This document shows, in pieces, positions 20,175 to 32,143 of a DNA stretch of 62,504 bases; the stretch's first letter is position 1, and each line of letters begins with the position of its first letter. The notes under the pieces were generated by a model. The model did no database searches and had not been told where the DNA came from. It worked only from the letters and a program-made list of their open reading frames with translations. The translations under genes and the position numbers were made by a program. This stretch comes from Gammaproteobacteria bacterium (GTDB lineage Bacteria > Pseudomonadota > Gammaproteobacteria > Natronospirales > JAJUFS01): contig JAJUFS010000003.1 of assembly GCA_029263725.1 (NCBI GenBank), positions 1-62,504 of the forward strand, written 5' to 3'.

Positions 20175-21617
20175 ATGAAGCTTTTCCGGACCAAGCCCAT
20201 CCTGGGGCACGGAGAATCCGGCTCGGGCCTGAAGAAGGTGCTGGGCCCCGTCGATCTCGTCATGCTCGGCATCGGCGCCATCATCGGCGCGGGCATCTTC
20301 GTGCTCACCGGCATTGCCGCCGCCAACCACGCCGGTCCGGCCGTGGTGCTGTCCTTCGTGGTGGCCGGCCTCGTGGTCAGCTTTGCCGCGCTGTCCTACG
20401 CGGAACTCGCCTCCGCCATCGGCGGTGCGGGCAGCGCGTACAGCTACGGCTACCACGGCCTCGGCGAAATCGTCGCCTGGATCATCGGCTGGATGCTGAT
20501 CCTCGAGTACACCGTCGCGATCTCCGCGGTGTCCGTGGGCTGGTCCGGCTACGTGCACAACGCGCTCGCCGCGATGGGCGTGGGCCTGCCGGAACTGCTC
20601 ACCAAGACACCGGTGGAAGGCGGTCTCGTGAACCTGCCGGCGCTGGCGATCATTCTCGCGCTCGGCGTGCTGCTCGCCAGCGGCGCGAAAGTGAGCGCGC
20701 AGTTCAACGCCATCATGGTGTTCGTCAAGGTCGCGGCCATCCTGCTGTTCATCGCGGTGGCGGCCTTCAACGTCGACCCGCAGAACTGGGTGCCGTTCAT
20801 CCCCGAACGCGGACCGAACCCGCTCGGCGACGTCTCCTACGGCTGGCAGGGCATCATGGCGGCGGCGGCGAGCATCTTCTTCGCCTACATCGGCTTCGAC
20901 GCCGTTTCCACCGCCGCGGAGGAAACCCGCAACCCGAAGCGCGACCTGCCCATCGGCATTCTCGGTTCGCTGGTGGCCTGCACCATCCTGTACATGCTGG
21001 TCGCGCTGCTGCTGACCGGCGTGGTGCCCTACAAGCAGCTGAACGTGCCCTCGCCGGTGTCGTACGCGCTGCTCGAAGTCGGCGCGCGCTGGGCGTCCGG
21101 CATGATCGCGGTAGGCGCGATCGCGGGCCTGACCACCGTCATGCTGGTGCTGTACTTCGCGCTCACGCGCATCCTGTTCGCGATCTCGCGCGACGGCCTG
21201 CTGCCACCGTTCTTCTCGCACATCAACGAGAAGACCGGCAGCCCGGTGCGGGTCATCGTGCTGTCCGGCCTGATCATGGCCAGCATCGCGGGCTTCGCGC
21301 CGCTGCATGACATCGTCGAGCTGACCAACATCGGAACGCTGGGCGCGTTCATGGTGGTGTGCGCCGGTGTCGCCGTGCTGCGCATCACGCGGCCGGAGCT
21401 GGAGCGTCCGTTCCGCACGCCGTTCAGCCCCTTCATCCCGGTGCTCGGCATCATCGGCTGCTTCTACCTGATCCTGAACCTGAGCGAGCACACCTGGGTT
21501 CGCTTCGGCATGTGGATGGCGGCCGGCATCATCATCTACTTCGCCTACTCCTATCGTCACAGCCGCCTGCACGGCGGCGGCGACAACGGCACGCCGGCGC
21601 GCGCGCCGCTGGAGTAA
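20175..21617 (+). CDS. APC-superfamily amino-acid permease (cationic amino-acid transporter-like)
   Basis: About 12 TM segments. [15 protein letters not shown] signature. GGGAGA RBS upstream of MKLFRTKP. Confidence 0.85.
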   Translation: MKLFRTKPILGHGESGSGLKKVLGPVDLVMLGIGAIIGAGIFVLTGIAAANHAGPAVVLSFVVAGLVVSFAALSYAELASAIGGAGSAYSYGYHGLGEIVAWIIGWMLILEYTVAISAVSVGWSGYVHNALAAMGVGLPELLTKTPVEGGLVNLPALAIILALGVLLASGAKVSAQFNAIMVFVKVAAILLFIAVAAFNVDPQNWVPFIPERGPNPLGDVSYGWQGIMAAAASIFFAYIGFDAVSTAAEETRNPKRDLPIGILGSLVACTILYMLVALLLTGVVPYKQLNVPSPVSYALLEVGARWASGMIAVGAIAGLTTVMLVLYFALTRILFAISRDGLLPPFFSHINEKTGSPVRVIVLSGLIMASIAGFAPLHDIVELTNIGTLGAFMVVCAGVAVLRITRPELERPFRTPFSPFIPVLGIIGCFYLILNLSEHTWVRFGMWMAAGIIIYFAYSYRHSRLHGGGDNGTPARAPLE

Positions 21618-21631
21618 GCGCCAGCGCCACG

Positions 21632-21664
21632 AAAAAGGCCCGCACACGCGGGCCTTTTTCTTTC
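21632..21664 (+). terminator. Rho-independent terminator
   Basis: AAAAA-GGCCCGC-ACAC-GCGGGCC-TTTTTCTTT after the permease stop. Confidence 0.7.
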
Positions 21665-21678
21665 CTGCGAACGCGGGC

Positions 21679-22017
21679 TCATGCCGCCGCGTCATGCGCC
21701 GGCCGTTCCTGGCGCAGCCTGAGCTGCCAGACCAGGCAATCGGCGCGCGCCAGCATGCGCCAGTGCGCACGCGTTGACGCGGGCGCAGTGCTGTCGCGGC
21801 TGCGCTTCACGAGATTCGTGATGCGCTCGAAGCGCGCGCCTTCCTCACGGCCGGCCAGCAGCCGGCGCAATTGCATGAGCCCGTCATCAATGCGCCGCTC
21901 ATGCCGTTCCGCGGCGTGGGGACGTGCATCCACGAAGGCGAGCTGTCCTTCGATGCGCGCCAGCAGGCGGCCCTTCTTCCTCTCGTCCATGTCGATCTCC
22001 ATTGCGGCTCCTGACAT
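21679..22017 (-). CDS. Hypothetical protein
   Basis: ORF only, with no recognisable motif. It is divergent from the 22178 gene. Confidence 0.35.
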   Translation of the reverse strand: MSGAAMEIDMDERKKGRLLARIEGQLAFVDARPHAAERHERRIDDGLMQLRRLLAGREEGARFERITNLVKRSRDSTAPASTRAHWRMLARADCLVWQLRLRQERPAHDAAA

Positions 22018-22177
22018 GGAGGTTGCGATCGCCGCCTGCCGCTTCCATCAGGGGATCGCCTGAATGCTGTGCGTCGTTCCCCGGTACCGGGGTTCATGCG
22101 CGTTGATTCCCTCCGCTTCCCGATAGGGCGACCGCGGCGCTGCTGCAAAGCTGCGCGTCCCCGGAGGGAGAGAGCAC

Positions 22178-23008
22178 ATGAAGGAAACCGACCATTCGAC
22201 CGACACCCTGGACGCCTTGCTGCAGACACTGCTGCAGATCCTGGCGCGCGTGCTGATCCAGCGCGGCATGACGGCCTACGAGGTGATGGAAATCTGCCGC
22301 TGGAGTTTCGTGAAGGCGGCCATCGACAGGAGCTTCGCGCTGCCCGGCAAGCGGCACGTCAGCAAGACGCGCGCCGCGATCCTCACCGGCCTCAGCCGCC
22401 GCGAGGTGGACCGGCTCATCTACCTGCGGGCGCCGACACAGGCGCGGGTGCGCGCCGTCTATCACCGCGGCCACCGCATCCTCAAGGCCTGGCATGAACT
22501 GCCCGGCTACCAGGGCAAGGACGGTGCGCCGCTGGTCATCCCGGTGCGCGGACCGGCGCCAAGCTTCGAGAGCCTGGTGCGCGAGTGCTGCCGCGACATC
22601 ACCGTGCGTGCCATGCTGGATGACCTCGCGATGCGCGGCTGCGTCCTCCTGCTGGACGATGGGCGCGTGCAGGTGCTGCAGCGCGAACATCGCGAACTGC
22701 CGCTGGCGGCGGAACACGCGCAATGGACACGGCAGGCGCTGGAGTCCTTGCGCGGTCTCGCCCGGGAACTCAGCGAGCCGCCAGCGCAGCGCGTACATGA
22801 ACTGCTGTTCGACACCGGGCCGCTCGCCGCTTCCGTCGAACAGCTGGCCCGCCGCCTCGAAGGCACGGCGCGCGAGTTTCTCGACGGGCTGGCGCAATCG
22901 CTGCCATCCGACCGCTCGCAGTCCGGCGACACGGCACGCGCCGCGGTGAGCGTCAGGATCGCGGTGAAGAACGAGGCGCCGCCTTCTCCCGGGCAAGCAG
23001 CGCGCTGA
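22178..23008 (+). CDS. Hypothetical protein (possibly DUF6502-like)
   Basis: 276-aa ORF with coding-like third-position GC. The family assignment is a recollection and has not been verified. Confidence 0.55.
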   Translation: MKETDHSTDTLDALLQTLLQILARVLIQRGMTAYEVMEICRWSFVKAAIDRSFALPGKRHVSKTRAAILTGLSRREVDRLIYLRAPTQARVRAVYHRGHRILKAWHELPGYQGKDGAPLVIPVRGPAPSFESLVRECCRDITVRAMLDDLAMRGCVLLLDDGRVQVLQREHRELPLAAEHAQWTRQALESLRGLARELSEPPAQRVHELLFDTGPLAASVEQLARRLEGTAREFLDGLAQSLPSDRSQSGDTARAAVSVRIAVKNEAPPSPGQAAR

Positions 23009-24386
23009 TGCCGTGCGGCTCGCGCCGCGGCAAGGCGGCGCGCACCGTGAGCGCGTCATCAGCCGCCAGCGCTTCCACCGCGAGGTATGCCGAGCGCACC
23101 GCGCTTTCCATCGATGACGGCAGCTCGGTGCGCAGCCAGTCGCCGGCAAGATAAAGGCCGGGAACGCGCGTGCGGACCTCGGGCCGTCTTGCCTCGAAGC
23201 CGGGATGGGGCGCGCAGATCGCCATGGAGATCCGGTGCACCCGCGCATGCACCAGCCGTGCCGCCCGTGAAGCCGGGGCGAATTCCGCGAGCTCCTCGCG
23301 CGTGCGCGCGATGATGGCCTCGTCATCGAGCTGCGCGGCGCGATCGCTGTAAATGATGTTGCTGCCGATCAGCGATGGCGTGGACAGCGGCTCGCGGCGG
23401 AAATTCGCGAACTCGTAGAAGTCGTAGTTGAGATTGTCCGGCGACCAGATACGCGCCCAGAATTTTTCCTCAGTGAAGCGGCGGTCGAACCACAGCCAGG
23501 TGCTGATGTAGGGGCTGGTCCGGAACCGGTCGAGCTGATAGTCCTGCTCGACAAATGCGGGCAGCAGGCCCTGCAAGGCCTGCGGCGGCAGCGCCAGCAC
23601 GCAGCGGCGCGTTTCGATCGTCTGGCCATCCGAGAGCGCGACCGACTGCACGCCGCGTCCGGAACATTGCACGGCGCGCACGGCGACACCCGTGACCACC
23701 GAACCGCCGCCGCGTTCGATCAGCTTCGTTGCCATGGGCACGAACAGCTCGCCGAGCGGAATGCGCGGGAAGCCGAAGTGGAAATCGCCGCGCGCCGACA
23801 TCATCCACAGGAAACGCATCAGCGAACCGGCGGAACATTCTTCCAGCGGCACGTTCATGATGGCCATGCATACGGTGCGCCAGAACCAGTCGATGAAATT
23901 CTCGCTCACGCCCAGGCCGCGCAGCACCGACTCGGCATCGCGATCATCCATGGCAAGCACGTCCGCCTCGTTCATGCGCATCACGCGGTAGAGCGTCCTG
24001 CGCGCCGAGAGGATATCGCTCGCGGCGAGCTTGCGGACGCGCAGGAAGTTGGGCAGGAAATGCAGCGGCGCCGGCAGGGCGTGATTCTTCATCGGGATCG
24101 CTTCGCCGTCATCGACCAGCGTGATGAAGCGTTGCGGCTGCCAGTCGATTTCCCGCGCCGTGCCGAGGCGGCCGAGCAGCGCCAGCATGTTGCGATGTTC
24201 GCTGGTGAGCACATGCGGACCGATGTCCACGGCATCGCCGCGGGTCTCGTCGTGTAGGCTGAGCGCGCGGCCGCCCGGCATTCTGCCGGCTTCGACGACG
24301 CGCACCCGATAGCCGGCGTCAGTCAGCGCCACCGCTGCCGCCAGGCCCGCGATTCCCCCGCCTGCAATGATGACCTCGTTCCGCAT
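22953..24386 (-). CDS. FAD-dependent oxidoreductase (HpnE / phytoene-desaturase / amine-oxidase-like)
   Basis: N-terminal VIIAGGGIAGLAAA dinucleotide-binding motif, GGR, and C-terminal LYLAGDW motif. Start at MRNEVII (ATG at 24386). Confidence 0.8.
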   Translation of the reverse strand: MRNEVIIAGGGIAGLAAAVALTDAGYRVRVVEAGRMPGGRALSLHDETRGDAVDIGPHVLTSEHRNMLALLGRLGTAREIDWQPQRFITLVDDGEAIPMKNHALPAPLHFLPNFLRVRKLAASDILSARRTLYRVMRMNEADVLAMDDRDAESVLRGLGVSENFIDWFWRTVCMAIMNVPLEECSAGSLMRFLWMMSARGDFHFGFPRIPLGELFVPMATKLIERGGGSVVTGVAVRAVQCSGRGVQSVALSDGQTIETRRCVLALPPQALQGLLPAFVEQDYQLDRFRTSPYISTWLWFDRRFTEEKFWARIWSPDNLNYDFYEFANFRREPLSTPSLIGSNIIYSDRAAQLDDEAIIARTREELAEFAPASRAARLVHARVHRISMAICAPHPGFEARRPEVRTRVPGLYLAGDWLRTELPSSMESAVRSAYLAVEALAADDALTVRAALPRREPHGISALLAREKAAPRSSPRS

Positions 24387-24470
24387 CCCGATCCTGCGCA
24401 CCCGGTTTCTTGTATTTCCGCCGCAGGGTGCCGGTGTTCCAATCGGTGAGAGCCATTGCGGAGCTTCTGC

Positions 24471-25169
24471 ATGCCGGAAGACTGGATACAGATCATCGTG
24501 CCGCTCGGCAGCGCCTGGCTGGCCGGCAGCCTGATCGGCCTCGAACGCAGCTATCACGGACGGCCGGCGGGCTTTCGCACGCATGCGCTGGTGTGCATCG
24601 CCTCGGCGCTGCTGATGCTTGCCACCGTGCATCAGTCCGAGTGGACCGAAGGCCTGCCGGTGGAAGCGATCACCACCGATCCGACCCGCATGGCCCAGGG
24701 CATCATGACCGGCATCGGCTTTCTCGGCGCCGGCGTGATCATCCAGGAAGGGCTCACGGTGCACGGGCTCACCACGGCGGCGTCCATCTGGATCACCTCG
24801 GCGCTGGGCATCATGTTCGGCGTGGGCTATTACCTGCCGGCAATCATCACCACGCTGATCGTCCTGATCGTGCTGTCGTTCTTCCGCTGGGTGGAGGCGA
24901 GGCTGCCCACGCAACTGGTGCTGCAGCACGTGCTGCGCTTCGAGCGCAGCCGCCTGATGAGCGAGCGCGAGGTCCGCGACATGCTGGAGGCGCAGGGCTT
25001 CGAAGTGAGCAAGTTCGGCTTCTCGCTTTCGCCGGACAGGGCGTGCTTCGAGTACAGCATGCTCATCAGCACGCTGAACGGCGACAATGTCGAGCGGCTC
25101 TCCGATGTCCTGCGAGGGACGCCGGGCGTGGTCAGTTTCCGTCTCGTGCCGCTCGGCACGGGCAACTGA
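24471..25169 (+). CDS. MgtC/SapB-family membrane protein
   Basis: GSLIGLER...GFRTH and GIGFLGAG motifs, plus a C-terminal ACT-like soluble domain. Confidence 0.85.
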   Translation: MPEDWIQIIVPLGSAWLAGSLIGLERSYHGRPAGFRTHALVCIASALLMLATVHQSEWTEGLPVEAITTDPTRMAQGIMTGIGFLGAGVIIQEGLTVHGLTTAASIWITSALGIMFGVGYYLPAIITTLIVLIVLSFFRWVEARLPTQLVLQHVLRFERSRLMSEREVRDMLEAQGFEVSKFGFSLSPDRACFEYSMLISTLNGDNVERLSDVLRGTPGVVSFRLVPLGTGN

Positions 25170-25170
25170 G

Positions 25171-25205
25171 AAAAAAGAAAACCCGCCTGGAGGCGGGTTT
25201 TCTTC
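25171..25205. terminator. Bidirectional rho-independent terminator
   Basis: AAAAAAGAAAA-CCCGCC-TGGA-GGCGGG-TTTTCTT between convergent genes. Confidence 0.7.
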
Positions 25206-25219
25206 CTCCGAGGCGTCGT

Positions 25220-26095
25220 TTACTGGCCGCCCTGGCTCGCCGACCGCTGCAGCTCATCCAGGTCGATCTTCGCCTGCTCCACGTCGGCGCGCGCGAGGTC
25301 ATAGCGGATGACGCCTTCCTCCGCGCTGACGTTCTCGAAGTCGGCCGGCAGGGCGTACTGCTCCTCGCTCATGAAGCCGCCTGCATTGACGACCAGCGCC
25401 GAGACTTCACCATCGCTGCTCACCAGCACGTCCTCGACGTTGCCGAAGGAGTCCTCGTCGGACAGCGCGACTTCCATCTCCATCAGCTCGCTCGCCTTGT
25501 GCTTGCCGCTGGCGGACGTGGCGCTGCTCGAGTCTTCCGCGCTTACCGTCTGCATCTGTGAAGACTGCACGGTAATGACGCCGTTCTGCTCGTCGAACTG
25601 CGGCGAGTCCCAGCTGACGCTGGTGAGATCGGCATCGTCCGTCATCGCGGCAGCCGCAACCCGGCTGTCGCCGGCCTGCCCGAGGCTGGCCGCCGCATCG
25701 GCGCCGTCCTCGCCGGTCTGCGTGACGAGCTTGTCACGTTCGGCGCCGGTATTGCGCATGCCGACCTGCGTACGGTCTTCCGCCACCACCTGGCCTGCGC
25801 CGTCGCCGACAGCGCCCCGTTCAACACCTTCCGTGGTGGACACCGAGGCCTGCCGGGTCATGCCGTCATCGGCGCTGACCTGCAACGCCTCGACACGCCC
25901 GTCCTCGCTCAACAGCACGTCCTGCACTTCGCCGACGGTCTGGCCGTCGCTGGACTGGACCTCGCTGCCGATGATCTCGGACAGGCGCCAGTCATCCTTC
26001 AGTTCGTCCGTCTTCACGCCATGCTTGTCGCCGCCGCCGGCGACCGCGAGCAGCGGCGTCATGGCAGCAGCCAGAATGAAAATTCGTGATCTCAT
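25220..26095 (-). CDS. Secreted protein with two PRC-barrel domains
   Basis: Signal peptide MRSRIFILAAAMTPLLAVA. N- and C-terminal PRC-like segments (WRLSEIIGSEVQSSDGQTVGEVQDVLL; ELMEMEVALSDEDSFGNVEDVLV) are joined by an acidic linker. Confidence 0.75.
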   Translation of the reverse strand: MRSRIFILAAAMTPLLAVAGGGDKHGVKTDELKDDWRLSEIIGSEVQSSDGQTVGEVQDVLLSEDGRVEALQVSADDGMTRQASVSTTEGVERGAVGDGAGQVVAEDRTQVGMRNTGAERDKLVTQTGEDGADAAASLGQAGDSRVAAAAMTDDADLTSVSWDSPQFDEQNGVITVQSSQMQTVSAEDSSSATSASGKHKASELMEMEVALSDEDSFGNVEDVLVSSDGEVSALVVNAGGFMSEEQYALPADFENVSAEEGVIRYDLARADVEQAKIDLDELQRSASQGGQ

Positions 26096-26123
26096 GTGAC
26101 CTCCAGGACTATTCGGGATTCGC

Positions 26124-26155
26124 AAAAAAAAATGCGGGCGCCAGGGCGCCCGCAT
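26124..26155 (-). terminator. Rho-independent terminator after the second PRC-barrel gene
   Basis: Stem ATGCGGGCG / CGCCCGCAT followed on the minus strand by a T9 run. Confidence 0.65.
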
Positions 26156-26165
26156 CATGCTTCCA

Positions 26166-26987
26166 TCAGGTGGACTCGGTGAGCTTGTCAGGATCGAACT
26201 CGCCGGACGCCTCCACTTCCTGCGCGGTCATCTGCAGGCTGACCGCTTCCTGCTCGGCGCTGACGTTCTCGAACTCAGCGGGAATCGCGTAGGTCTCGCT
26301 GGAAAAGAATCCGCCGGCCTCGATCACGAACGCCGAGGCGCTGCCATCCTGGCTGACGAGAATGTCCTCTATCTGCCCGTAGCCTTCCTGGTCGGCGAGA
26401 TTGACGTCCATGCCGAGGAGCTCGCTGGCGCGATGCTCGCTTCCCTGCTGCACGGCCTCCTCCTCGCTTTCATAGGTCACGAGCTGCTGGCCCATGCCCG
26501 AGCTCGTGTCGATCCTGAGGACGCCTTCCTCCTGCATGAACGAAGGATTGTTCCATTCGAGCGCCACCAGCTGGCTGCCGCCATCCAGGCGCATCATGCC
26601 GCCGTTCTCGCGGGACGAATCCCGGCTGTCTTCCTCGGTGGTGGTCGCGACCGTGCTGGTCTCCGCGCCGGTATCGGCCACGGTGCTGCCCATGCCGTCA
26701 TCCATGGCGGTGCCGTCCGCACCCATGCGCTGGCCGCCGCCCTGCTCCTGCAGGAATTCGTCGCTTGCTTCCACCAGGACGGAAACGATCTTGCCGTCGG
26801 CGCCGATCACCACATCCTTGAGCTCGCCGACTTCCTTGCCATCATTCGACTCGACGTCGCTGCCGATCATTTCCGAGATGCGCCAGTCGCCTTGCACCTC
26901 CTGCGCGTTGAAGCTGTCCGTCTGCATGTCCTGGGCCGCTGCCGCGAACGGCAGTATCGCCGCCGTCAGCATGACTGCATATTTCAT
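26166..26987 (-). CDS. Secreted protein with two PRC-barrel domains (paralog of 25220-26095)
   Basis: Signal peptide and the same two-domain layout (WRISEMIGSDVESNDGKEVGELKDVVI; ELLGMDVNLADQEGYGQIEDILV). Confidence 0.75.
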   Translation of the reverse strand: MKYAVMLTAAILPFAAAAQDMQTDSFNAQEVQGDWRISEMIGSDVESNDGKEVGELKDVVIGADGKIVSVLVEASDEFLQEQGGGQRMGADGTAMDDGMGSTVADTGAETSTVATTTEEDSRDSSRENGGMMRLDGGSQLVALEWNNPSFMQEEGVLRIDTSSGMGQQLVTYESEEEAVQQGSEHRASELLGMDVNLADQEGYGQIEDILVSQDGSASAFVIEAGGFFSSETYAIPAEFENVSAEQEAVSLQMTAQEVEASGEFDPDKLTEST

Positions 26988-27102
26988 AATTACCTCCTGG
27001 GTCGCTCCTGTTTGACAAACCGCACGCGAAGACAGGCATCTGCTCCGCCTGGTTCGTCAGAGCTGCGGAACGTCCGGGGATTTTTCAACGGAGGGAAAAC
27101 GC

Positions 27103-27393
27103 TCAGGCGTTCTCGTTCAGCTGCTCCCACAGCCTGAGCAGCGAGCGATCGAGCATGTCCCGGTCCTCGTACTGGTACGGTTCGGTGGCGAGCGCATCGA
27201 GCCGGAGGTGGACGTGCGCCAGCCGCGCGCAGGTCAGCGAGTCGAGATCGTCGCTGGCCTCGGCCAGCGGCAGGAGAATGTGGCGTATCGCCTCGGCAAG
27301 CTCGGAGGGGCTGGTGCGGCCGTTCCAGCCGTGCAGCAGCGTCATTGCTTCGGCGACCCGATAGGCGAGCGACTCGCTGGAAATTGAGGCCAT
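27103..27393 (-). CDS. Hypothetical protein
   Basis: Coding-like codon usage, helical, no recognisable family. Start taken at MASISSE. Confidence 0.5.
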   Translation of the reverse strand: MASISSESLAYRVAEAMTLLHGWNGRTSPSELAEAIRHILLPLAEASDDLDSLTCARLAHVHLRLDALATEPYQYEDRDMLDRSLLRLWEQLNENA

Positions 27394-27539
27394 GTCTGCT
27401 GCTTTCTTCCCGAGTGTCATGCGTGAATGCCGCAAGCGTACGGCAAGGTTCAGGACAGTGAATGCTTTTCCTTATGGTCCGTGTTCAAGCATAAAGGTAA
27501 ATGTGCTCCATGCCCACGTCACCCACAGGAGCAATACAC

Positions 27540-27857
27540 ATGAAAGCACATCATCTTCTTTACGCCCTGTTCGCGAGCCTCATCCTTGCGCTGGCCGGCT
27601 GCGCCGGCACCGCGGACCGTGAGAGCACGGGCGAGTACATCGATGACGCCGCGATCACCGCGCGCGTGAAGACGGCGCTCATCCGCCAGGATGAAGTCAA
27701 GGCTCGCAACATCAACGTCGAGACATTCCGCGGCACCGTGCAGCTGAGCGGCTTCGTGGACTCCAGGGAAGAAAGCCGCCGCGCCGAGGAAACGGCCAAG
27801 GGCGTCTCCGGCGTGAAAAAGGTGCAGAACGATCTGCAGATCCGGTCGAAACAATGA
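27540..27857 (+). CDS. BON-domain lipoprotein (OsmY-like)
   Basis: AGGAG RBS, lipobox LAGC, and a single BON domain (DDAAITARVKTAL ... VQLSGFV). Confidence 0.8.
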   Translation: MKAHHLLYALFASLILALAGCAGTADRESTGEYIDDAAITARVKTALIRQDEVKARNINVETFRGTVQLSGFVDSREESRRAEETAKGVSGVKKVQNDLQIRSKQ

Positions 27858-27954
27858 ACTGCCCGGGGACGCACTGCGTCCCCTTCCTTTCCGCCTTGAT
27901 TCGATCCCGCATCGTCCACACAAAGACCTTGCCCCCGACCGGGAACCTCCGCCC

Positions 27955-28584
27955 ATGATCAGAAGCCTGATTTACGACGCGCTGTTCCGCCCATTGACGG
28001 CGCGCTGGTATGCGGAGGTGCTGACGCGCCTCCCCGACCGCTCGCACCTGCTCGATGTCGGTGTCGGCACCGCCGGTGCGCTCACGCACAACGCGGCGCT
28101 GGTCCGTGACAAGCAGCTTCACGTCACCGGCATAGACATCGATGATGAATACATGAAGCGCGCCCGCGAACGCGTCACCAAGGCAGGCCTGCATGACAAC
28201 GTCACGCTCACGCTGGAATCCGTCTACGATCATGTCGGCGGACCGTATGATGCAGTGTACTTTTCCGCGAGCTTCATGCTGCTTCCCGAACCCGAGGAAG
28301 CGCTTCGACACGTCAGCGCACTGCTGAAGCCCGAGGGGCGCATCTTCTTCACGCAGACGTTCAGCGAACGCCGCTCGCGATTGCTCGAGATCGCCAAGCC
28401 GCTGCTCATCAAGATCACCACGATAGATTTCGGCCGTGTGACATATGAAGAGGATTTCGTGCGCTCCCTGCGCGAAAGCGGTCTGCACCTCGAGGAACTC
28501 ACCGTGCTCGACGTCAACGTCGGACAATCGTTTCGTCTCGCGGTTGCAGCACCGGGTGATTCCGCGCGTCTTCACGACTTCTGA
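27955..28584 (+). CDS. Class I SAM-dependent methyltransferase
   Basis: Motif I LLDVGVGTAG and post-I GIDID pattern. Confidence 0.8.
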   Translation: MIRSLIYDALFRPLTARWYAEVLTRLPDRSHLLDVGVGTAGALTHNAALVRDKQLHVTGIDIDDEYMKRARERVTKAGLHDNVTLTLESVYDHVGGPYDAVYFSASFMLLPEPEEALRHVSALLKPEGRIFFTQTFSERRSRLLEIAKPLLIKITTIDFGRVTYEEDFVRSLRESGLHLEELTVLDVNVGQSFRLAVAAPGDSARLHDF

Positions 28585-28750
28585 TTCACATCCCTTCAGT
28601 GTTTTCTTGCACGGTCCGTTGTACGGCTTTCTGATAACGCTGCATCTTGCAAACCAAGGTAAGTGCTTGCGCGGATTCCCCGCCGTGCTGGGTGTGTTTA
28701 CGGTCATCTCCACTGGCTTTGTTTCATAACTCTCGCCATGGAGACGAACT

Positions 28751-30379
28751 ATGTTGAATATCTCGAAACCATTTTCTGGAGGAGCCACGCGCATTCTCGT
28801 CGCCGTGATGTTCGCCATCTCGCTTGCCGCCTGCGGAGGTAGCTCCGGTGGTGGCGGTGGCGGTGGTGGTGGCGGCGGCGGTGGCGGCGGTGGCGGTGGC
28901 GGCGGTGGTGGTGGCGGCGGCGGCAACACGCCGCCGACGGTCACCGTCTCGCCCGAAGGCAGTCTTGGCGCCACGCAGTCCATCGTGCTCACCTTCAGCG
29001 AAGCGATGGATACGGATTCCGTCGAACTCGGCGGGCTCGGCGAGATCGCGTCGCTCTCATGGGATGGCGACACGACGCTTACGCTCGCGCCACAGAACGG
29101 TTACTGGAATCCCGGTTCGCAGTCGTTGACGGTAGATGGCAGCAATGCCGATGGCACGGAAATGGAAACAGCCTCCTTCGACTTTGACGTGCAGGCGCCG
29201 TTCGCCACTTACCAGAACGCATCGCGCGTCATCGGCCAGGTGGATTTCGTCAGCGGCCTGTCGCGCCAGGGCGGTGATGCCGCCAGTGCGACCACGCTCG
29301 ACAATCCGATGGGCGCCGTCGCATATGCCTCCGAGGAGGATGTACTGTTCGTTTCGGATGCTGGCGACTCGCGCGTGCTCGGCTTCCTCGGCCTTCCGGA
29401 GGCGAACAACGCTCCTGCCAACTTCGTCGTCGGCCAGGAGAACTTCTCCCTTACGGCGGCGTCGACTTCCGCGGCAGGCATGAACCGTCCGGAGAGCGTG
29501 TCCACGGAAGGCGGCAACCTGGTCATCACCGATGCATGGAACAATCGAGTGCTGATCTATGACGGCATTCCGATTGCAGGACCGGTCGCCGCTTCGGTGG
29601 TACTGGGCCAGGACGGCTTTGACGCCGCGCCGCAGTCCGGGTGCGCCGCCAATCGCCTGCACAACAACCACGTGCACGGTCACTTCGTCAGCCCGGATGG
29701 CAAGCTGATCGTCGCGGACTCCGGCAACAACCGCGTCCTCATCTGGAACAGCATGCCGACGGAGAACGCACAGGCGCCGGACATGGTGCTCGGCCAGGCG
29801 AGCTTCGACACCTGCGCGCCGAACGATACGGACCAGAACGGCGCGCAGGACATCGACAACCTGCTCGATGGCCGCACCATGTTCCACCCGACCAACGTGT
29901 GGACGGATGACGAGCGGCTGTTCGTTGTCGACCAGGCCAACAACCGCATCCTCGTCTGGAACAGCTTCCCGACCGAGAACTTCGCCGAAGCGGATTATGT
30001 GATCGGCCAGGAGAGCATGAACCGCAACGCGATCAATGACGTCGACCAGGACGGCGTCCAGGATGCGTCAGCGAGCGCCAGCACGCTGAACAACCCCTGG
30101 GACGTGATCGTGCACAACGGCCAGATGATCGTCACCGACATGGAGAACAACCGCGTGCTGATCTGGAACGAGGTGCCGACCGAGAACTTCGCGCCGGCCG
30201 ATGTGGTGATCGGACAGCCCGACTTCGAGAGCATCGCGGAGAACGCGGGCGGTGGCGTCGCCGCGAACACGCTCAACCGTCCCGCCGGCGTGCGTGTCAT
30301 CAACGGCGAGCTCTACGTTACCGACTGGGAGAACTCGCGCATCCTCGTGTTCTCGCCGCAGGAAGCCGGCGCAGAATAG
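28751..30379 (+). CDS. Lipoprotein: poly-Gly linker, SbsA-type Ig-like domain, six-bladed NHL-repeat beta-propeller
   Basis: Lipobox LAAC followed by GGSS and 26 consecutive Gly. Ig-like segment (IVLTFSEAMDTDSV). Six NHL-type blades (DSRVLGF, NNRVLIYDG, NNRVLIWNS, NNRILVWNS, NNRVLIWNE, NSRILVFS). Confidence 0.8.
   Translation: MLNISKPFSGGATRILVAVMFAISLAACGGSSGGGGGGGGGGGGGGGGGGGGGGGGGGNTPPTVTVSPEGSLGATQSIVLTFSEAMDTDSVELGGLGEIASLSWDGDTTLTLAPQNGYWNPGSQSLTVDGSNADGTEMETASFDFDVQAPFATYQNASRVIGQVDFVSGLSRQGGDAASATTLDNPMGAVAYASEEDVLFVSDAGDSRVLGFLGLPEANNAPANFVVGQENFSLTAASTSAAGMNRPESVSTEGGNLVITDAWNNRVLIYDGIPIAGPVAASVVLGQDGFDAAPQSGCAANRLHNNHVHGHFVSPDGKLIVADSGNNRVLIWNSMPTENAQAPDMVLGQASFDTCAPNDTDQNGAQDIDNLLDGRTMFHPTNVWTDDERLFVVDQANNRILVWNSFPTENFAEADYVIGQESMNRNAINDVDQDGVQDASASASTLNNPWDVIVHNGQMIVTDMENNRVLIWNEVPTENFAPADVVIGQPDFESIAENAGGGVAANTLNRPAGVRVINGELYVTDWENSRILVFSPQEAGAE
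28847..28924 (+). repeat. (GGY)26 trinucleotide microsatellite encoding the poly-Gly tract
   Basis: 78 nt of uninterrupted GGT/GGC codons. Confidence 0.95.
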
Positions 30380-30402
30380 GACTCGGTGTTTCAACCTGAA
30401 GG

Positions 30403-30431
30403 AACCGCCCCGCAAGGGGCGGTTTTTCTTT
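30403..30431 (+). terminator. Rho-independent terminator
   Basis: CCGCCCC-GCAA-GGGGCGG followed by TTTTTCTTT. Confidence 0.7.
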
Positions 30432-30550
30432 GTGCGCCTTCCAACCTGGCTGGGGGGATGAACTCAAGCAGCAGAACTGATGTGCGTGTTTCCTGCACAG
30501 CGGTAGGGTGGTGCCACCCTTTCATTAGATGCACTCCCCGGAGGAATCAC

Positions 30551-32143
<1,593 letters not shown>

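Noticed and set aside
27712-29073. A 453-aa minus-strand ORF containing a long poly-Pro run. A similar ORF lies at 30547-30912(-).
   Set aside because: The poly-Pro run is simply the reverse complement of the (GGY)n tracts of the plus-strand lipoprotein genes. Those genes have a lipobox, Ig-like and NHL motifs, and an RBS.
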